DNA of 64,000 nucleotides from Rhodobacter sp. (GTDB lineage Bacteria > Pseudomonadota > Alphaproteobacteria > Rhodobacterales > Rhodobacteraceae): assembly GCA_027487395.1 (NCBI GenBank), contig JAIYDR010000384.1, positions 9,732-73,731 on the forward strand, given 5' to 3'. The notes below the pieces were generated by a model that did not search any database, was not told the origin of the DNA, and worked only from the letters and a program-made list of their open reading frames with translations. A program made the translations under genes and the position numbers. Positions 59,358-64,000 of the stretch are shown here, piece after piece. The stretch's first letter is position 1. Each line of letters opens with the position of its first letter.

Positions 59358-60403
59358 AACCTTGGCCTGCCCGCCTTGCCAACCGCTTGTTCGGACGTCG
59401 TAGCGCGACCGTACGGACCGCCCCTGTCACCCAAGCCCCCAGCCTTCGCGCCTTTCGGCCCGACGGCGGGCATTTACTGCCGCTGGCCCCCGACGCGCCA
59501 TTGACGGATGCGCTCTGGATTGACCTGTTTCGCCCGACCGAGGCAGACACGGCAGCCGTCGCCGCCTTGGGGATCGAGGTGCCAACGCTGGAGGATATGG
59601 AAGAGATCGAGATTTCCAACCGCCTGTATCGGCAAGACGGGACGGATTACCTTACCGTGGTGTTGACCGGACATTCGGAAACCGACACGCCGCTGACCGG
59701 GCCGATGACCCTTATTCTTCAGCCGCAGCGCATCGTTACCGTGCGCCACCATGCAAGCCGCCCGTTTGACACCTATCCCACCCGTGCCGACAAGGTCGGT
59801 CCGGGCTGCACAACGGCCAATCAGGTGTTTCTATCGCTGTGTGAAGAGATTATCGGGCGTTTGGCCGATTTGCTGGAATCTGTCGGTCGCAGTCTGGAAC
59901 ATCTGTCGCGCCAAATTCACGATCCCACCGAACGCGGATCACGGCAACAACGGCTGGAGGTCGCGCTGCGCCGCGTTGGGCGCGAGGGCGAAATGCTGGG
60001 CCAAGTCCGCCTTGCCCTTCTGACGATGGGGCGTGCGCTTGGGTTCTACGCGCAGACGGCAGGGGCACGGATCGGAGATGAGGGTCTGGCCGGAGCCGTC
60101 GCCAACCTGAACCGCGATATCACCGCGCTTGAGGTGCACACCGATTTCCTGTCGGCGCGCGTCGGTCTGGTATCGGATGCGACCTTGGGGATGATCAATC
60201 TGACGCAAAACGCGACGGTTCGGATCGTATCGGTGGTGGCAGTGCTGTTTTCACCGCCAACGCTGATCGCGTCGATCTATGGCATGAACTTCGCTCATAT
60301 GCCCGAACTGGCGCAGGGCTGGGGCTACCCGGCAGCGCTGGGGGCGATGGTTGCCTCATCCATCGGGGCCTGGGTCTATTTCCGCTGGAAGAACTGGCTG
60401 TAG
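59354..60403 (+). CDS. corA: CorA family Mg2+/Co2+ transporter, copy 1
   Basis: WIDL..PT, EIEISNRLY, PPTLIASIYGMNF; GTG start overlapping the upstream stop (start uncertain). Confidence 0.9.
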   Translation: MKPWPARLANRLFGRRSATVRTAPVTQAPSLRAFRPDGGHLLPLAPDAPLTDALWIDLFRPTEADTAAVAALGIEVPTLEDMEEIEISNRLYRQDGTDYLTVVLTGHSETDTPLTGPMTLILQPQRIVTVRHHASRPFDTYPTRADKVGPGCTTANQVFLSLCEEIIGRLADLLESVGRSLEHLSRQIHDPTERGSRQQRLEVALRRVGREGEMLGQVRLALLTMGRALGFYAQTAGARIGDEGLAGAVANLNRDITALEVHTDFLSARVGLVSDATLGMINLTQNATVRIVSVVAVLFSPPTLIASIYGMNFAHMPELAQGWGYPAALGAMVASSIGAWVYFRWKNWL

Positions 60404-60475
60404 CGAAAGCCGCTGAAAGGCTGACAGGCACAGGGATTTGGGCTAACGCAGGCGCGTCAACCTAAGGGGGCCGCC

Positions 60476-61429
60476 ATGCTGAAAGCCTATCGCCATATCA
60501 ACGGTCGCCTGTCCTTGATGGGACCGGAAGATGACCTGTCGCAAGCCGTATGGATCGACCTGTTCGCCCCGCGCGCCGATCAGGTGACGGCGGTCAATGC
60601 GCTGGGGGTCGAGGTTCCGTCCTTGGCAGACATGGAAGAAATCGAGGTGTCGAACCGACTCTACCGCGAGAACGGCACCGATTACATGACAGTCGTGCTG
60701 TCGGGTCATTCCAACACCAATCAACCGATTTCCGGCCCTGTCACCTTTATCCTGCAAGCAACGCGCTTGGTTACCGTGCGCCACCACCGTTCGCGCCCGT
60801 TTGAGACCTATCCCGAGCGCGCGGATAAGGTGGGGCCGGGGTGCGCTGACGCGGATCGCTTGCTGCTCTCACTCTTCGAAGAGATCATCGGTCGCCTTGC
60901 CGACCTTTTGGAAAGCGTCGGACGTGGCCTGGATGAGGTGTCGCGCAGCACTTTTGCCAATGACACGCCAAAGTCAGCCGTCTTGCAGGGCGCTTTGCAA
61001 AAGCTGGGGCGGGAAGGGGATCTGATCGGGATCGTACGCCTTGCGCTGTTGACGATGGAGCGCGCCCTGTCGTTTTTCGGTCTAGGGCTGGATGCTCGCA
61101 ACGCGGCGGGATTGCGTCCGCTGGTCAAATCGTTGTTTCGCGACATTCAAGCCCTTGAAGTGCATTGCGATTTTCTATCCCAACGCGTGGGCCTTGCCTC
61201 TGATGCGACGCTGGGCATGATCAACCTGGCGCAAAACTCTACGGTCAAGATCGTGTCGGTGGTGGCCGTGCTGTTTTCACCGCCGACGCTGATCGCGTCG
61301 ATTTATGGAATGAACTTCAACTACATGCCCGAACTGGCGCAAGGCTGGGGCTATCCGGCAGCTCTTGCGGCGATGGTCACCTCATCGGTCGGGGCTTGGG
61401 CCTTTTTTCGCTGGCGAAACTGGCTTTGA
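60476..61429 (+). CDS. corA: CorA family Mg2+/Co2+ transporter, copy 2
   Basis: WIDL, EIEVSNRLY, PPTLIASIYGMNF. Confidence 0.92.
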   Translation: MLKAYRHINGRLSLMGPEDDLSQAVWIDLFAPRADQVTAVNALGVEVPSLADMEEIEVSNRLYRENGTDYMTVVLSGHSNTNQPISGPVTFILQATRLVTVRHHRSRPFETYPERADKVGPGCADADRLLLSLFEEIIGRLADLLESVGRGLDEVSRSTFANDTPKSAVLQGALQKLGREGDLIGIVRLALLTMERALSFFGLGLDARNAAGLRPLVKSLFRDIQALEVHCDFLSQRVGLASDATLGMINLAQNSTVKIVSVVAVLFSPPTLIASIYGMNFNYMPELAQGWGYPAALAAMVTSSVGAWAFFRWRNWL

Positions 61430-61635
61430 CCGGGTCACAATCTATGGTCGTCTGGGCGGGTCTGTTGCTGGATTGACCACAATATATCCGAAAGGTGGGG
61501 CTTTTTTCACTAAACATACATACGGTGCTGGAAATTCTATCGAAAGGCGCGTAAACGTGGTGGCAATAGGGCCACTTGATGGCCGTTCATAACGGCGCCC
61601 GCCAAGGGATGCCATTTCGAGGCGGAGTAGATCAC

Positions 61636-64000
61636 ATGAGTTCGGCGATTGATTTCGCCGTTCGCAACGCCGCGGGCGGCTTGCAGAACGGTGCTGTATC
61701 TGGCGATGGCTTTTCTGAAACCATCGTCGTGAATGCAGGCGACAATATCTCCCTTAACATTTCGCAGGCCAGCGTTGTCGCCTATCGACACAGTGGTGGC
61801 GACTTGGTCATCGAATTGGTGGATGGCCGGGTCATCGTGCTGGATGGCTGGTACGAGCAGCCGATGGGCGCGCAGACGCTGTATTTCTCGACCGATGGCA
61901 ACCTCCAGCAGGTTTATCTGATGGACAGCGGCGATGGTACGCTGTTTGCCAGCTATGCCCCGGTTGACACCATGATGACCGAGAAGTGGAGTCCGCTGGA
62001 CGGTCTGCGCCATGACCAACCCGACATGCTGGCAGGTTATATCAGCGCAGAGGATGAGCCCGCCGGGATGGGCATGTTCCTGCCCGGTCTGGTCGGACTT
62101 GGCGGCGCTGGTGCAGGGGCCGGTCTTGGTGCGGTGGCCGCAGGTGCCGCCGTATTGGGTGGCGCCGCGCTGATCGGTAACGGCGGTGGAAACGGGACAG
62201 AGGCAGGGACAGACGGCACGGGTGGTGGCGGCGGCGCGGGTGGTGGCACGGGCGGCACGGGCGGCGGTGGCGGTGGCACGGGCGGCGGTGGCGGTGGCGG
62301 CACGGGCGGCGGCGGCGGTGGCACGCCCACCCATACCCCGCCGACAGTGAACGGCACCGGCACCAGCAGCACCGTGACAACCAATACGCCGGATCCGCGT
62401 CTTGTGGTGTCGGGAAGCGGCCATCCCGGCGATCGGGTCAACGTGACCATCGGCGGCGAGCAGCAAACCACGACCATCGGGTCAGGCGGCACATGGACGG
62501 TCACCTTTCCGCGCAATGGCCTGCCAGCCGATGGCAATCATACCGCACAGGTCGTGGTGAACCAGACCAATGGCGTCACCACAAACCTGACCGGGCCGAG
62601 CTATGTCATCGACATGACGCCGCCTGCGGTCCTGACCACAGATGGCACGGGATCGGCAGGCGATGTCGAAAACCTTGCCGAATATGCCGATGGCGTCACC
62701 TTGACCGGCACGGGTGAGCCGGGCGCTTCAATCAGGGTTCAGGTCGCAGGCGCGACGCAAACCACCACGGTGGATGCCGGTGGCAACTGGTCGGTCACCT
62801 TTACACAACAGCAGGTCGCAGGAGGTGAGCGGACACATGCCGTCACCGTGACCGCCACCGACACGCATGGCAACACCACCACCATCACCGACACATTGGT
62901 GATGGACACCATTCCCAATCCGCTGACCATCGGCACGGTCGCGGGGGACAATTTCATCAACCGGACAGAAATCACCTCTGCCGTCGCCATCGGCGGCACA
63001 ACGGCGGCGGGGGCCACGGTCACGATCACCATCCAAGGTGTGCCGGGAACCTTTACCGCCACGGCAGATTCCAATGGCGCTTGGTCCTTTACCGCGCCTG
63101 CGGGCACTTTCCCGGCGGGCACCTATGACCGCACCATCACCGCCAGCACGGTGGATGCAGCAGGCAACCCGACGCAGGTGACCAAAACCATCACCATCGA
63201 CACGGAAAACAGCGTCAGCTTCGACAGCGTGACCAACCACACGCAACTGCGCGACGGATTCGTCAACATGGCGGAGTCCCAAGGCACCATCACCTTGACC
63301 GGCAAGGCCGAGGCGGGATCGACCGCCGTCACCGTCGCCTGGACGGGCGGCGCGCAGGTGGCGACAGTGGCCGCAGATGGCAGCTGGACCGTCAGTTTCC
63401 CCGCCGGATCGGCGGGGGCGGTGACGCGGGAGTCAACCTTTACCGTTACCTCGTCTGACCGTGCGGGCAACAGCGCCAGCGCCACCTTGCCGGTCAAGAT
63501 TGACCTTGAAACAAATGTGACGCTGATGCCGCAACCGGTAGGCAGCGACAACGTCCTGTCGGGCACCGAACGCGCAGCAGGGCTGACCCTGACCGGCACG
63601 GCAGAGCCCGGCGCGCAGGTGTTTGTCAGCTTCAACGGCACCACCAAGCAGCCGGTGACGGCGGATGCCAACGGCAGCTGGTCGGTCAATTTTGCCGCGT
63701 CGGAGTTGCCGAGTGGTGAGATTTCATCGGGTGCAGCGGGCCGCACGATCAGCGTCTATTCTGTGGATGCGGCGGGCAACACCTCGGCCACGGTGACCCA
63801 TACGCTGGACGTCGATACCGTGGTGCGCAATTTCGGCTTCCCGGCACCGGACCTGATCGGCGCGGCCAATACCGGCGCCACCGATGCAACCACGCTGAAC
63901 GCGGCTGAACGCGCAGCAGGTCTGCCGGTGCAAGGCACGGTGGAACCGGGGTCGGTTGTGACCATTCAAGTCGGCGGCTGGACCCAGACCATCCCGGCCA
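61636..64000 (+). CDS. Large BapA-like Ig-repeat surface protein, N-terminal part (runs off window; absent from the ORF track)
   Basis: ATG 61636 after GGAG; MSSAIDFAVR...GGDLVIELVDGRVIVL; Gly/Ala hydrophobic stretch, poly-Gly linker, then ~100-aa Thr/Gly-rich repeats (GTGEPGA, G.WSV.F, D.AGN). Confidence 0.88.
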   Translation, partial: MSSAIDFAVRNAAGGLQNGAVSGDGFSETIVVNAGDNISLNISQASVVAYRHSGGDLVIELVDGRVIVLDGWYEQPMGAQTLYFSTDGNLQQVYLMDSGDGTLFASYAPVDTMMTEKWSPLDGLRHDQPDMLAGYISAEDEPAGMGMFLPGLVGLGGAGAGAGLGAVAAGAAVLGGAALIGNGGGNGTEAGTDGTGGGGGAGGGTGGTGGGGGGTGGGGGGGTGGGGGGTPTHTPPTVNGTGTSSTVTTNTPDPRLVVSGSGHPGDRVNVTIGGEQQTTTIGSGGTWTVTFPRNGLPADGNHTAQVVVNQTNGVTTNLTGPSYVIDMTPPAVLTTDGTGSAGDVENLAEYADGVTLTGTGEPGASIRVQVAGATQTTTVDAGGNWSVTFTQQQVAGGERTHAVTVTATDTHGNTTTITDTLVMDTIPNPLTIGTVAGDNFINRTEITSAVAIGGTTAAGATVTITIQGVPGTFTATADSNGAWSFTAPAGTFPAGTYDRTITASTVDAAGNPTQVTKTITIDTENSVSFDSVTNHTQLRDGFVNMAESQGTITLTGKAEAGSTAVTVAWTGGAQVATVAADGSWTVSFPAGSAGAVTRESTFTVTSSDRAGNSASATLPVKIDLETNVTLMPQPVGSDNVLSGTERAAGLTLTGTAEPGAQVFVSFNGTTKQPVTADANGSWSVNFAASELPSGEISSGAAGRTISVYSVDAAGNTSATVTHTLDVDTVVRNFGFPAPDLIGAANTGATDATTLNAAERAAGLPVQGTVEPGSVVTIQVGGWTQTIPA
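62221..62325 (+). repeat. Poly-Gly coding tandem repeat
   Basis: 21-bp unit GGCACGGGCGGCGGTGGCGGT exact at 62254-62274 and 62275-62295, near-copy at 62299-62319. Confidence 0.85.

Noticed and set aside
62221..62325. CRISPR-like array
   Set aside because: The repeats are contiguous, in frame and encode poly-Gly; there are no spacers or cas genes.

Overview
GC-rich alphaproteobacterial chromosome segment; gene content and order point to Rhodobacteraceae (inference). 1-14.3 kb: part of a flaF/flbT-type flagellar cluster (flhA to flgD, one flagellin) with degenerate CtrA-like boxes. 14.4-28.3 kb: housekeeping and replication genes (ubiB, ubiE, mutM, rpsT, dnaA, dnaN, recF, gyrB). Between dnaN and recF is a solo PemK/MazF-like toxin gene broken by one nonsense codon, followed by a self-promoted, highly structured ~120-nt RNA; this candidate RNA-antitoxin module is the most novel item. 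28.4-42.7 kb: XylX-like dehydratase, tRNA-Arg(CCT), a candidate sRNA controlled by a GntR-like LacI regulator, TRAP permeases without a binding protein, a P1B-4 ATPase, a TPR-sulfotransferase and a TetR-RND efflux operon. 42.7-59.4 kb: nicotinate-type catabolic cluster (NicR-like MarR, Mo-hydroxylase, 6-hydroxynicotinate reductase, ApbE-like protein, ABC importer) carrying an oxoprolinase-type A/B pair rather than an enamidase. 59.4-64 kb: two CorA paralogues and the start of a large BapA-like Ig-repeat adhesin. No CRISPR array, IS element or prophage was seen. All calls come from reading the sequence; no database searches were run.
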